Assembly: GCA_964487605.1 (NCBI GenBank)
Contig: CAZARU010000014.1
Coordinates: forward strand, 2,495 to 66,494
DNA length: 64,000 bases
DNA from: an uncultured Polyangiaceae bacterium
Lineage (GTDB): Bacteria > Myxococcota_A > Polyangia > Polyangiales > Polyangiaceae
Direction: 5' to 3'
Part shown: piece after piece, positions 9,876 through 19,692 of the stretch
How the letters are laid out: the number at the start of each line of letters is the position of its first letter
Position numbering within the stretch: position 1 is the stretch's first letter
The notes under the pieces: generated by a model
Database searches by the model: none
Told to the model about the DNA's origin: nothing
What the model saw: the letters and a program-made list of their open reading frames with translations, nothing else
Program-made: the position numbers and the translations under genes

Positions 9876-10166
9876 TCAGAGCCCGGCCAGCGCCGCCTCG
9901 ATCTCACTCGCCGCCTTCGTCTGCCCACGGGCGCGCGCTTTGACGAGGCCGTCCTCCAGCCACTTTCGCGCCTCGTCCGGTCGCTCGGCCTCGATGAGCA
10001 TTTGCCCGGCCATCAGGTACATGGGTACGTAGTCCTCGTCCCGCGAGCGCAGCGTCTCGAACGCCGTCAACGCGTCCGCGACTCGACCGAGCGTGCGATA
10101 CTCCATCGCGAGCGCGTACCACGCGAACGAGTCCGCGTCGCTCGCGCGCGTGAGCTTTTCGAGCAT
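9876..10166 (-). CDS. small TPR-like protein (96 aa from the ATG; a TTG at 10226 would add 20 aa)
   Basis: Helical repeat sequence AWYALAMEYRTLGRVADALTAFETL...YVPMYLMAGQMLIEAERPDEARKWLEDGL. Its end abuts the stop of the convergent kinase gene. Confidence 0.55.
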   Translation of the reverse strand: MLEKLTRASDADSFAWYALAMEYRTLGRVADALTAFETLRSRDEDYVPMYLMAGQMLIEAERPDEARKWLEDGLVKARARGQTKAASEIEAALAGL

Positions 10167-10258
10167 CTCCAGGCGGCGTGACACCCGCGAATCCTTCCAT
10201 GCTTCTGCACGGCAAGGCGAGGGCAAAACGGCGCGACGGGGCGTGGTATGAGGACTCC

Positions 10259-12463
10259 ATGGCGGAGCTCAACGACCCGCAGCACGCCGCGGTGGAGCAC
10301 GTCGAGGGACCTCTGCTGGTGTTCGCAGGCGCCGGGAGCGGGAAGACGCGCGTCATCACGTATCGCGTGGCCAACCTGCTGGCGAACCACGGCGTTCCTC
10401 CCTACCGGATCCTCGCGGTCACCTTCACGAACAAGGCTGCCGGCGAGATGAAGAGCCGCCTCGTCGGGCTCGCAGGACCGGAAATCGTCGGGGACCTCTG
10501 GGTCGGGACATTTCACTCCGTCTGCGCGCGCATCCTGCGGCGCTACCACGACGAGGTCGGCCTGGGCCGCCACTACGTGATCTACGACGACTCCGACCAG
10601 AAGGCGGTCGTGGCCCGGGTCATGAAGGCGCTCGACCTCGACGACAAGGAGTACCCACCCAAGCTCGTCGTCTCGCGCCTGCACCGCATGAAACGCGAGG
10701 GGCTCCGCCCGGAAGAGGTCGTGGCGACCCCCGTGTTCGACGACGTACACGTCGAAATCTACTCGCGGTACCAGGCGGCGCTCCGCACGGCGAACGCCGT
10801 GGATTTCGAGGACCTCATCGTCCACGTCATGCGCATCGCGGAGGACCCGGCGAGCGCCGCAGGCGACGAGCTTCGCCGGCGCTTCCGGCACGTTCTCGTG
10901 GACGAGTTCCAGGACACGAATCGGACCCAGTACCGTCTGGTCCGGGCGCTCGCCGCACGCGAACAGAACCTCTGCGTGGTCGGCGATGACGACCAGTCGA
11001 TCTACCGATGGCGAGGCGCCGACGTGCGGAACATCCGCGGCTTCAAGAAGGACTTCCCGGGCGCGGTCGTCGTCAAGCTCGAGCAGAACTATCGCTCCAC
11101 CGGCAACATCGTCGCCGCCGCGCTCGGCGTCATCGAGCCCGCCCACGAGCGCGAACCGAAGCGGCTCTGGACCAGCGCGCCTGCGGGGGACCCGGTCACG
11201 ATTCGGGCCGTGCGTGACGAGCGCGCCGAAGCGGCCTTCGTGGTGGAAACAATCCGCGGTGAGCGGCGGCGTGACGTGGCGCTGTCCGACGTCGCCGTGT
11301 TCTACCGCATCCATGCCCAGTCACGCGTGCTCGAGGAGGCGCTGCGGGCCGAGAACGTTCCCTACCAGATCGTCGGCGGAACGCGCTTCTTCGACCGCGC
11401 CGAAGTCAAGGATTGCCTCTCGTATCTGAAGCTGATCGACAACCCCAAGAGCGATCAGGACCTGCTCCGTGTCATCAACAGTCCGCCGCGCGGCATCGGC
11501 CAGAAGACCGTGGCCCGGCTGATCGACGTCGCCGCCATGCACGGAACGGCCATCTACGAGTCGCTCGCCGCGGCCGGAAGCTCGGGCGGCCTCGCCGCAG
11601 GCACGGTCAAGAAGGTCGACGCTTTTCGCCAGATGATCGAGTCGCTGCGGGACGAGGCGATGCGTCTCGGCCCTTCCGAGCTCGCCAGCCGCACACTCGA
11701 TGTGACCCACTACCGCTCGACGCTGCGCGAGCAGGACACGGCGGAGAGCGACGCCCGCCTCGAAAACCTGGCCGAGCTCGTCGGGTCGGTCGCGGAGTAC
11801 GAGGACGACGCGCGCGAAGCCGGCGAGACTCCGTCCCTCGGCGGGTACCTCGAGCGCGTTTCCCTGGTGGCGGACGTGGACGCGCTGAAGGACGTCCCCG
11901 CCGTTTCCCTCATGACCGTGCACAGCGCGAAGGGGCTCGAGTTCACCACCGTCATCCTCACCGGAATGGAGGAGGAGGTGTTCCCCTACCGCGGGCTCGA
12001 CGCGAGCGAGATCGAGGAGCTCGACGAGGAGCGCCGCCTCGCCTACGTCGCCCTGACCCGGGCACGAGAACGACTCCTCATCACGCACGCTTCGAGCCGG
12101 ATGTTGTTCGGACAGACGCGGTATCAGGTGCCGAGCCGTTTCCTTCAGGACCTCCCACCGGAGAACGTCGTCCGCGAGGGCAGCGGATTCGCACCTGGGC
12201 CGTTTCACGCCGCGCGCGGCACACCGGATCGTTCCCCCGCCCCTCGCTACCTTCCGGGAGAGCGCTACGTGGAGCGCGACACCGAGGGCGAGTCGTCGGG
12301 GGAGGAGGGTGTCGTAGTACGTCCGGGTGACGAGGTCCTCCATCGAAGGTTCGGACGCGGGGTCGTGGAGCGGGTCGACGTCGCGACGGGGCCGACCGTC
12401 ACCGCGCGGTTCCCGGGCTTCGGCGTCCGGAAGATCCTGGCGCAGTACCTCGAACCCGGCTGA
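10259..12463 (+). CDS. uvrD: ATP-dependent DNA helicase, UvrD/PcrA family
   Basis: AGAGSGKT (motif I), TFHS, LVDEFQDTN (motif II), VGDDDQSIYRWRGA, QNYRS, and VHSAKGLEF...AYVALTRA (motifs V/VI). The internal ATG at 10259 (MAELNDPQH) is preferred over the track start at 10178. Confidence 0.93.
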   Translation: MAELNDPQHAAVEHVEGPLLVFAGAGSGKTRVITYRVANLLANHGVPPYRILAVTFTNKAAGEMKSRLVGLAGPEIVGDLWVGTFHSVCARILRRYHDEVGLGRHYVIYDDSDQKAVVARVMKALDLDDKEYPPKLVVSRLHRMKREGLRPEEVVATPVFDDVHVEIYSRYQAALRTANAVDFEDLIVHVMRIAEDPASAAGDELRRRFRHVLVDEFQDTNRTQYRLVRALAAREQNLCVVGDDDQSIYRWRGADVRNIRGFKKDFPGAVVVKLEQNYRSTGNIVAAALGVIEPAHEREPKRLWTSAPAGDPVTIRAVRDERAEAAFVVETIRGERRRDVALSDVAVFYRIHAQSRVLEEALRAENVPYQIVGGTRFFDRAEVKDCLSYLKLIDNPKSDQDLLRVINSPPRGIGQKTVARLIDVAAMHGTAIYESLAAAGSSGGLAAGTVKKVDAFRQMIESLRDEAMRLGPSELASRTLDVTHYRSTLREQDTAESDARLENLAELVGSVAEYEDDAREAGETPSLGGYLERVSLVADVDALKDVPAVSLMTVHSAKGLEFTTVILTGMEEEVFPYRGLDASEIEELDEERRLAYVALTRARERLLITHASSRMLFGQTRYQVPSRFLQDLPPENVVREGSGFAPGPFHAARGTPDRSPAPRYLPGERYVERDTEGESSGEEGVVVRPGDEVLHRRFGRGVVERVDVATGPTVTARFPGFGVRKILAQYLEPG

Positions 12464-12469
12464 CCTCGG

Positions 12470-13747
12470 TCACCCGACGGCGGGGGGCGGAATCGACCAC
12501 TGGTCGGACGCGCCTTCGTCTCCCATGTCGGGCGGTGCGTCGTCCTCCGCCGAACCCAGGAACGCCATGAGCTCGGCTCGTCGGGCGTGGGCGTCCGAGC
12601 GTCCGAGGTCGATGAGCTTTCGAGCGAAGGCCCCGTCGAAGAGGACGTAGCTCGCCAGATCCGCCTCGCTGGCGCTGCCAACGTCGAGGAACTTGAGCAG
12701 GCGCTTGGTCAAGATCGGCCCCGCTTTGAGCTTCCCTCGCCGGAGGTGATCCGCTGCCAGACGCCCCACGCTCTCCGTCGGTCGAATCACCATCGTGTCG
12801 ATGGGGTGGAACTCGTGGCCGCCGCGCCGCGCCGCGGCCTGGTTCAGCGTCGGCACGAAATCGGGTCCGTACGCCACCGCGCCACTCTTCATGACGTTGT
12901 TCAGGAGGTTCACCATGCCGAGATCGGTGTCGAGGTGATCGAGCATGAGGGCGTTCATGACCTTGCCCAGCAGGAACGTCATGCTGGGCGCCTGGAGCGT
13001 CTCGTCCGCGTGCTGCACGCCCCGAACTAGTCGGGACGTGCCCACCACCAGGACGTGCGTGGCACCCAGGCGCACTGCCGGCGCAATCGGAGTGTTCTGG
13101 CGCACGCCGCCGTCCACGTAGAGCTGGCTGCCGATGCGGACGGGCGGAAACAGGAGTGGAATCGCGGCCGAGGCCAGGGCGTGCTGGGGTCCGATTCGGT
13201 CCGACCGGATCAGCGTGCGTGGCGGCGCGCGCGTCGGGAGCGACGTTCCCGGAGCCGTCTGCATGAAGATGACCGTTCGCCCCGTCGAGACCTCGGTCGT
13301 CGAGACACTCAGGGCGCGCAGCAGTCCTTTGCGCAGCGTCCGGCTGATGGCGCGCCAGGGGATCTCGCGCTGAACGAGCGACGCCATCGGCGAGACGTCG
13401 AAGAGTCCCACGCCCTCACCGCCACCGAGGAGCAAGCGCGGCAGGCTGACCGCGTGGCGAAGGCCGAAGCCCAGGACGTCGTCGAGCTTCATTCCGCTCC
13501 ACACGTCCACGAGCCGTCGAACGCCGAGCGTGGAGTCGGCCAGGTGCGCCGCCAGGTACGCGCTGTTGATGGCGCCGACACTCGTGCCGCACAGGATGTC
13601 CACGCGAGGCGCCGAGCCCCGGAGGCGCTTGAGCTCGTCGAACAAGAACCAGAGGACGCCCGTCTCGTACGCACCGCGGGCGCCACCACCGGAGAGAATC
13701 AGCGCGAGCCGGCGCCGCTCGGGGACTTCGCTGTCGTTGCTCGGCAT
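12470..13747 (-). CDS. patatin-like phospholipase
   Basis: SGGGARGAYETG (oxyanion GGxRG), GTSVGA (GxSxG nucleophile) and YVDGGV (catalytic Asp). ATG at 13747; a GTG alternative lies at 13768. The gene sits 51 nt (or 30 nt) downstream of the giant kinase gene on the same strand. Confidence 0.88.
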   Translation of the reverse strand: MPSNDSEVPERRRLALILSGGGARGAYETGVLWFLFDELKRLRGSAPRVDILCGTSVGAINSAYLAAHLADSTLGVRRLVDVWSGMKLDDVLGFGLRHAVSLPRLLLGGGEGVGLFDVSPMASLVQREIPWRAISRTLRKGLLRALSVSTTEVSTGRTVIFMQTAPGTSLPTRAPPRTLIRSDRIGPQHALASAAIPLLFPPVRIGSQLYVDGGVRQNTPIAPAVRLGATHVLVVGTSRLVRGVQHADETLQAPSMTFLLGKVMNALMLDHLDTDLGMVNLLNNVMKSGAVAYGPDFVPTLNQAAARRGGHEFHPIDTMVIRPTESVGRLAADHLRRGKLKAGPILTKRLLKFLDVGSASEADLASYVLFDGAFARKLIDLGRSDAHARRAELMAFLGSAEDDAPPDMGDEGASDQWSIPPPAVG

Positions 13748-13798
13748 GGTGCGGACAGGAACTCGCACGCTCCGCGCGGAGAGTGCCAGCCGCGGACG

Positions 13799-16700
13799 CT
13801 ACCCCATACCGTCACCGGAACGCACGTTTTCGGCGTCCGGGGCGGGGTCACCGAAGATCGCGCGAGCTGCCGTTTCCGGCGTGCCGCCCATCAGTCCGAG
13901 CACGGGCTTGCGCTGGACGAACACCTTGCGCATCGCGGGATCGCGGATCCAGCCGCCCACCTTGCGGACGTAGCCCGTGGCGCGCTCCCGAAAATCCACG
14001 GCTTGTGGCGAACCCGTGGCGGCGAGCGCGTCGTAGCAAAGTGAACGCGTCTCGAGACCGTACTCGGAGCCCTGGACGGTCTCGATGGTGCCCATGGCCG
14101 TGGTGGCGAGCAGGATGCCCGTGTGCTGCTCGCCGATGGCGACCCGCGCGGCCGCCTCCGCCGCCATCGCGTAGAAGTGGAACGCTACGTACGCCTGCGC
14201 TTCGGCGGCCTGCCGCGCATCGAACGCGTGCATGACAGCGGCACCGGGATCCCCCGTGCGCACCGCCAGAAGCGCGCGCAGGATCTTCTCGTGCACGGAG
14301 TCGTACGCGCTACCCGTCACCGCGGTCAGCGCTCCCGCGTCCCGGATCAGCGTGTCCGCCGCGTCCAGATCGTCCGTCTCCAGGTACACCTCGGCGGTGC
14401 ACAAGAGCGTATCCGCGCGCGCATCCTGATCCTCGTATCGCTCGTGGGCGTCACGCGCCCGCTTGAGGTACGCCAGCGCCCGCGGAACGTCGCCCAGGCG
14501 CGCGTACGACTGCCCGATGTTGCTCAACGTCTTGGCGATCTGGAACCGTCCACCAATCGCCAGGTCGATCCTGATCGCATCGAGGGCGAGCGCGATCCCG
14601 TCCTCGAACCGACCGAGGACGAACATCGCGAACGCCAGCGAGTTCTTGGCGCGCGCCTCCAGGCGGCGGGCCCCGGCCCGCCGGCAAATCGCGATGGCCT
14701 CCGCGTGAGCTTCCACGGCCTCGTGGACGCGCCCCACGCGGCGCAAGAGCGTGCCCCGCGTGCGGAGGACGTCGGCGCGCCATCGGGCGCTGACCTTGTC
14801 GGCCGCAGCGGTCGCGATGGCGCGATCGCAGGACGACAGGGCCCCCTGCATGTCACCGAGGTCGCGCAACGTCTCGGCCATGAGGAGCTGGGCCTCGACC
14901 TCGTGCGGGCTCGAGCCCGCGGCGCGCGCGACACCCTCGGCGCGCTGAGCGGCGGTCAGGGCGCGCGACAGTCTGCCGGCCTCGAGGTCCATCCGCGCGG
15001 TGCGCAGCAGGGCGACGGCGACCCACCGAGGGCTCTGGGCATCCCTCGCCAGTCGGCGGAGGGCCGCCAGGTGGCGACGCCTGTCGCGCCAGCGCCCCTG
15101 CACGCGCGCGATCGCCTCGAGCGCCTCGTGGGCGTCGAGCAGCGCCGGGTTGCCGGCGCTGAAGTGCTTGATGGCGCGACGGTAGTAGCGCGTCGCGAGC
15201 TGCATCTGGTAGCTCGCGCGGGCCGCTTGTGCCGCCTCCAGGTAGAAGTCCGCCGCACGCGCCTTGGCGCCACCGCGCGACAAGTGCCGTGCGACGATGG
15301 CCGCGGGTAGACCCTTCGCGAGGGACGTCTGCGCGAGGTGCTCGCCCAGGCGCCCGTGCATGCGCGCGCGGCTCTTGAACTCGATGGAGAGGTACGCGAC
15401 GTCGCGGATGAGTGGATGGCGCACGTCCACGGAGTCCTCGTGGGCATCGCAGAGACCTCGGGCGCACAGGCGCGCGATGGCGTCCCCGGGTTCGCTGGAG
15501 GTGAGCTGTGCGAGGGCGGCCTCCCGCAGTGGCCCCCCATTCACGGCGAGCCACATCACGATGGCGCTCTCCTCCGGCGGAAGCTCCCCCAGGCGATCCC
15601 CGATGAGTTGCTCGAGTGTGGACGGCAGCTGCGCGAGGCCATCCTCGGCCTTGCCGAGGCGGGCGAGCTCCTGGGTACCGTCCTCGCGCTCTCGGATCTC
15701 CAGTGACCCCCGCTCGAGCAGGGCGTCGACCATCTCGAGGAGGAAGAACGGGTTGCCCGCGGCGCGCGGAACCAGGTCACCGCAGACCTGCCGAACACCG
15801 TCCGATACGCCCAGCCGCGTCTGCAGGAGCCGAATCTGATTCTCGGCCGAGAGGCCTTGCAGCTCGATGCGAACCATCCCCTCCACCACGGACAGGACGC
15901 GATCCGACGGGCGCGTCACGAGCAGCGCGAGGATGGGCATCGGGTCGCCACGCCGGACGAGCTGACTGACGAGCTCGAGGCTCGGCTTGTCCGCCCACTG
16001 ACCGCCTTCGATGATCACCACCAGGGGCTGCTGGAGCGCCGCGCGGGCGAAGAAGCGGCGGAGCCCCGCTGCGACGAGCCGACGATTCATCGACACGTCC
16101 GCCTCGTCCTGAGCGGTCGCCACCGCGCCCGTCACGAGCCGAGAGAGGCGATCGACCATGTCCGCGCCGTGACGCCCCGTTGCGAAGTCACCAATCTGTG
16201 ACGAAATGGCCTCGCGGGCCTCGTGGAGGCCGGCGTCCACCTTGAGCCCGGTCAGTTCGCGAATCCACTGCGCGACGTTGCCGAAGGGCAAGGCCGTGTG
16301 CGCAGGAGAGCATTCTACGCGCAGGACCCGAGCATCGGGGGGGAGCTCGGCCAGGAACGCATTGACCAGGGCGGTCTTCCCGATGCCCATCTCGCCGATC
16401 ACGGCGCGGCTGGTCACTTGCCCCAGCGTGCCGTCGCTGCGCTTCACCGCACGATGGTACGCCGCCTGAAGTTCGGCGAGTTCGGTGTCACGGCCGACCA
16501 GGTCCGTGGAAGCCAGCGCGAGCGCCCGCGTGCGCTCTTCCCGCGTCAAGGGGCGCTCGAGAGCGTAGATCCGCATGTGACGCGGAAGGTCGCGGGACTC
16601 CGCGTCTTCGATCTCGATCGTCGGCGCATCGCCCCAGATGAAGTCGCGTCTCACCAGACGGTAGAACCCACCGGCGACCCACGTTGCACCGGACGGAGCG

Positions 16701-18253
16701 CGCGCACCCAGCAGGGACGCGAGGTGGTGCGCCGGCTCGGCCAGCTCGTGGGCGACGAGATGACCCGCCTTGTCCCGTTCCCCGGTCGCGATCCCGCGGA
16801 CGATGCCGATGCTCGCCTGGAGCTCGACGGGCATGTCGTCGGAGGCGCCGTGGATCGCCTCGTGGATGTCCACGGCGAGCCACGCCGCGTCCAGCGCGGC
16901 TCGCGCCGGGTTCGCCATCAGGCCGACGACGGCTCGCCCCGTGCCGAGGCGCTTGGCGGCCTCGCTCCGGCCTACGGGCTCCACCGCTTCCCACGACAGC
17001 CGCGCACCGTGCTTGTACGCGATCTCCTCGAGCGTCGCGCGAAGCTGCTCACCGAACCGGATGGCGTTCGACGCTCCGATGGCGTCCTCGAGGTCGTCCA
17101 CGCCGAGCAGACGCACCGTGACGACGGCCACGTGGCGGACTTCGCGTCCGCCGGCCCCGCGGATTTCGCGCACGGGGCGGCCAGGACCCGTCGCCTCGCG
17201 TTCGCTCCGGGGCGACCCCAGGTCCGCCGAGCTCGGCGGCGCACCCTCTGCCGACGCGTCGTGACCCTCACCCTCCGCGGGGTCCGCGGACGCGTCCACC
17301 CCGGGAGACGTGTGCTCCCGGCTCACGAGCTGCCCGACCACACCCTCGACCACGTGCGAATCCACGAGGACCTGCTTCTGAAACAGGCTCCTGGTGATGG
17401 CGCTCGCCATGTCGCGGGCCGTCTGGAAGCGATCCTCACGATTCTTCGCGAGGGCCCGCATGACGATCTGCTCGAGCTCCTGAGGGACCTCGCGGACGAA
17501 CATGCTGGGCGGTTCCACCGCACCGGCACGTACGGCCTCGAGCAGATCCTGCCCCTCGGCGGCGCCGTGGAGCGGCCGCCCCGTGAGGAGTTCGTGGAGC
17601 ATCACGCCGAGCGAGTAGATGTCCGTCCGCCGGTCCACGCGCTCCGCTCGGGCTTGCTCGGGCGACATGTAGCCACTCTTGCCCTTGAGGACGCCTGGCT
17701 CCTCTCGGAAGAGACTCGCGGTCGCGATCCCGAAGTCGGCGATCTTCACCGCGCCCTCGAAGCTCACGAGGACGTTCTGGGGCGACACGTCACGATGGAC
17801 GATGTCCAGCGGCGCCCCGCCCTCGTCCCTGCGCTCGTGCGCGTAGTGCAAGCCCTTGGCGACTTCGGCGATCACGTGGGCGGCCACGAAAGGCGGCAGC
17901 CTCAGGCCCTTCTGCTTCGCCGCCCGCATCACCTTTCGCAGATCCGGGCCCTCCACGTACTCCATGCTCAGCAGGTGACCCTCCTCCCCGTAGTTCTGGA
18001 AGTCGTACACCTGCACGATGTTCGGATGGTTCAGGCGCGTCGCGAGCTGCGCCTCCTCGGCGAACATCGTCCGGAAACGGCGCGAGGACCCGTGAGCGGG
18101 AAGAATCCGCTTCACGACCAGGAGCTTGTACGTCCCCTCCGCTCCTCGCTTCTTGGCCAGGAACACCTCCGCCATGCCGCCCGCGCCCAGACGTCGAATC
18201 ACTTCGAAGTCGGCGAGCCGCTCGGGTGCGGGACGAACGGGGGAGTCGCTCAT
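13799..18253 (-). CDS. Ser/Thr protein kinase fused to cyclase-like domain, AAA/STAND NTPase and TPR repeats (about 1484 aa)
   Basis: Kinase motifs GAGGMAEVFLAKK, HRDVSPQNVLV, DFGIA, GYMSPEQ. A cyclase-like block follows (HVAVVTVRLLG...). Walker A is GEMGIGKT, with a long TPR-like tail. ATG at 18253 (MSDSPVRP) is preferred over the upstream track start. Confidence 0.9.
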   Translation of the reverse strand: MSDSPVRPAPERLADFEVIRRLGAGGMAEVFLAKKRGAEGTYKLLVVKRILPAHGSSRRFRTMFAEEAQLATRLNHPNIVQVYDFQNYGEEGHLLSMEYVEGPDLRKVMRAAKQKGLRLPPFVAAHVIAEVAKGLHYAHERRDEGGAPLDIVHRDVSPQNVLVSFEGAVKIADFGIATASLFREEPGVLKGKSGYMSPEQARAERVDRRTDIYSLGVMLHELLTGRPLHGAAEGQDLLEAVRAGAVEPPSMFVREVPQELEQIVMRALAKNREDRFQTARDMASAITRSLFQKQVLVDSHVVEGVVGQLVSREHTSPGVDASADPAEGEGHDASAEGAPPSSADLGSPRSEREATGPGRPVREIRGAGGREVRHVAVVTVRLLGVDDLEDAIGASNAIRFGEQLRATLEEIAYKHGARLSWEAVEPVGRSEAAKRLGTGRAVVGLMANPARAALDAAWLAVDIHEAIHGASDDMPVELQASIGIVRGIATGERDKAGHLVAHELAEPAHHLASLLGARAPSGATWVAGGFYRLVRRDFIWGDAPTIEIEDAESRDLPRHMRIYALERPLTREERTRALALASTDLVGRDTELAELQAAYHRAVKRSDGTLGQVTSRAVIGEMGIGKTALVNAFLAELPPDARVLRVECSPAHTALPFGNVAQWIRELTGLKVDAGLHEAREAISSQIGDFATGRHGADMVDRLSRLVTGAVATAQDEADVSMNRRLVAAGLRRFFARAALQQPLVVIIEGGQWADKPSLELVSQLVRRGDPMPILALLVTRPSDRVLSVVEGMVRIELQGLSAENQIRLLQTRLGVSDGVRQVCGDLVPRAAGNPFFLLEMVDALLERGSLEIREREDGTQELARLGKAEDGLAQLPSTLEQLIGDRLGELPPEESAIVMWLAVNGGPLREAALAQLTSSEPGDAIARLCARGLCDAHEDSVDVRHPLIRDVAYLSIEFKSRARMHGRLGEHLAQTSLAKGLPAAIVARHLSRGGAKARAADFYLEAAQAARASYQMQLATRYYRRAIKHFSAGNPALLDAHEALEAIARVQGRWRDRRRHLAALRRLARDAQSPRWVAVALLRTARMDLEAGRLSRALTAAQRAEGVARAAGSSPHEVEAQLLMAETLRDLGDMQGALSSCDRAIATAAADKVSARWRADVLRTRGTLLRRVGRVHEAVEAHAEAIAICRRAGARRLEARAKNSLAFAMFVLGRFEDGIALALDAIRIDLAIGGRFQIAKTLSNIGQSYARLGDVPRALAYLKRARDAHERYEDQDARADTLLCTAEVYLETDDLDAADTLIRDAGALTAVTGSAYDSVHEKILRALLAVRTGDPGAAVMHAFDARQAAEAQAYVAFHFYAMAAEAAARVAIGEQHTGILLATTAMGTIETVQGSEYGLETRSLCYDALAATGSPQAVDFRERATGYVRKVGGWIRDPAMRKVFVQRKPVLGLMGGTPETAARAIFGDPAPDAENVRSGDGMG

Positions 18254-18516
18254 GGCGGGAGGGGGAGGCTCGGAGCGTAGGGAGTGTCCACCGGTCTCGG
18301 AAATCCCGGTAGCTCGTCCTGCGCGGGGCGTGGGCGTGAGGCAGCGTGGGCGCACAAAGTGCCCGAAAGCCGCCTGAATCATCGGATCCGGCGGGACCGG
18401 GCGCCGTGGCGGGGGCGCCACCCGCGCGACGAGATCTCGACGAACCTCCGGTCGTCTCCGGCGTGGACGCGCCCCTCGCCATGGTAACGTCCGCGCGCTG
18501 CGAGGAGGCTTTGGCC

Positions 18517-19632
18517 ATGCGACAGGCGATGGGTGCGGCGGCCGCTCTGCTGATTGCGACGAGCGCCGCCGCCAAGGAGCCCGAGAAGGGCGAAGAACAG
18601 AAGGCCGGCGCGGGGATGATGGAGGAGACCGGAACCGATCCCGCGGGCACGGAGGGCCTCGAGACCGGCGCCTACTCTCCGAAGGGGAAGACGGGAAAGC
18701 TCAAGAAGGACGACGACGACGACCGCGACGCGGACGCCGCCGCCGCGAAGCGTCGCCTCGAGGGCTTGACGCTGTTCGGCCAGGTCACCATCGGGTTCGC
18801 CGAAGAACCCCCCATCACCGCGGCCGGGTTGGCCGAGCGAGATGCGACGTCCTACACGGTCATGATCGGTGGGACGTATTTCTTCTCCAAGACGTTCGGC
18901 GCGGGCTTGCGGGCACCGTGGACCACCGCGTCGCTGGGCCAGCCCGCGTACTCCCAGGCGTCGCAGACCGACAGCCTCGGAACCCAGGCGTTCGGCTCGC
19001 CGGAGCTCTCCGCGACGTATCGAGTGGAGATGGGGAAGCGGTCCGATCTCCCCCTGACCCTCGCCCTCGGCGTCCCGATCGCCCAAGGGGCGACCGATCC
19101 CGGGAGCGTCGAAACGCCCAAGGTGGAACAAGCCCGAGTCAACCGCACGGCCGATGGCGCCCACGGATGGCGTCACGGCGAGCTCTTCACTCCCGGCTAC
19201 ATGCCCATCACGCTCTCCGGCGCGCTGCGGCACTTCGGTTCCAGGTTCGAAGCGCAGGCGTTCCTGAAGGCCAACCTCATGCCCAAGGTCCGTGGCGAGA
19301 TCGGCTCGCCGGACGTGATTCCGGGCGGACGAATCGAACAGAAGGGCATGATGATGCGGACCATCGTGGGTGGCGGTGCCCAGTACGAGGTGTTGAAGGA
19401 CAAGGCGAGCGCCGGCCTCGACGCGTGGCTCACGTACGACTTCGCGCGAACCGTCGAGTTCACTTCGTCGGGTGGCGGGTCGGACCTCTCCCGCGCGCAG
19501 TTCGTGCTCGAGCCGCGGCTGGGTGCGAAGTTCGGCAAGATCCGTCCCTATCTGGCGTTCCTCGTTCCCGTCGGCGGAGACCTGCCGATGAACGCGCTGC
19601 GCGTCGGCGCCGAAGGCGACCTCGACTTCTAG
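18517..19632 (+). CDS. putative outer-membrane beta-barrel protein
   Basis: Signal peptide MRQAMGAAAALLIATSAAA, then a charged K/D/E-rich linker. The remainder shows an alternating beta-strand pattern and ends in a C-terminal Phe (GAEGDLDF), typical of OMPs. No family recognised. Confidence 0.55.
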   Translation: MRQAMGAAAALLIATSAAAKEPEKGEEQKAGAGMMEETGTDPAGTEGLETGAYSPKGKTGKLKKDDDDDRDADAAAAKRRLEGLTLFGQVTIGFAEEPPITAAGLAERDATSYTVMIGGTYFFSKTFGAGLRAPWTTASLGQPAYSQASQTDSLGTQAFGSPELSATYRVEMGKRSDLPLTLALGVPIAQGATDPGSVETPKVEQARVNRTADGAHGWRHGELFTPGYMPITLSGALRHFGSRFEAQAFLKANLMPKVRGEIGSPDVIPGGRIEQKGMMMRTIVGGGAQYEVLKDKASAGLDAWLTYDFARTVEFTSSGGGSDLSRAQFVLEPRLGAKFGKIRPYLAFLVPVGGDLPMNALRVGAEGDLDF

Positions 19633-19692
19633 CGGCCCCCCCCCGAGGACGTGGCGTGGGACAACGTGCGCGGCGCGTGTAGACTGCCGTGC

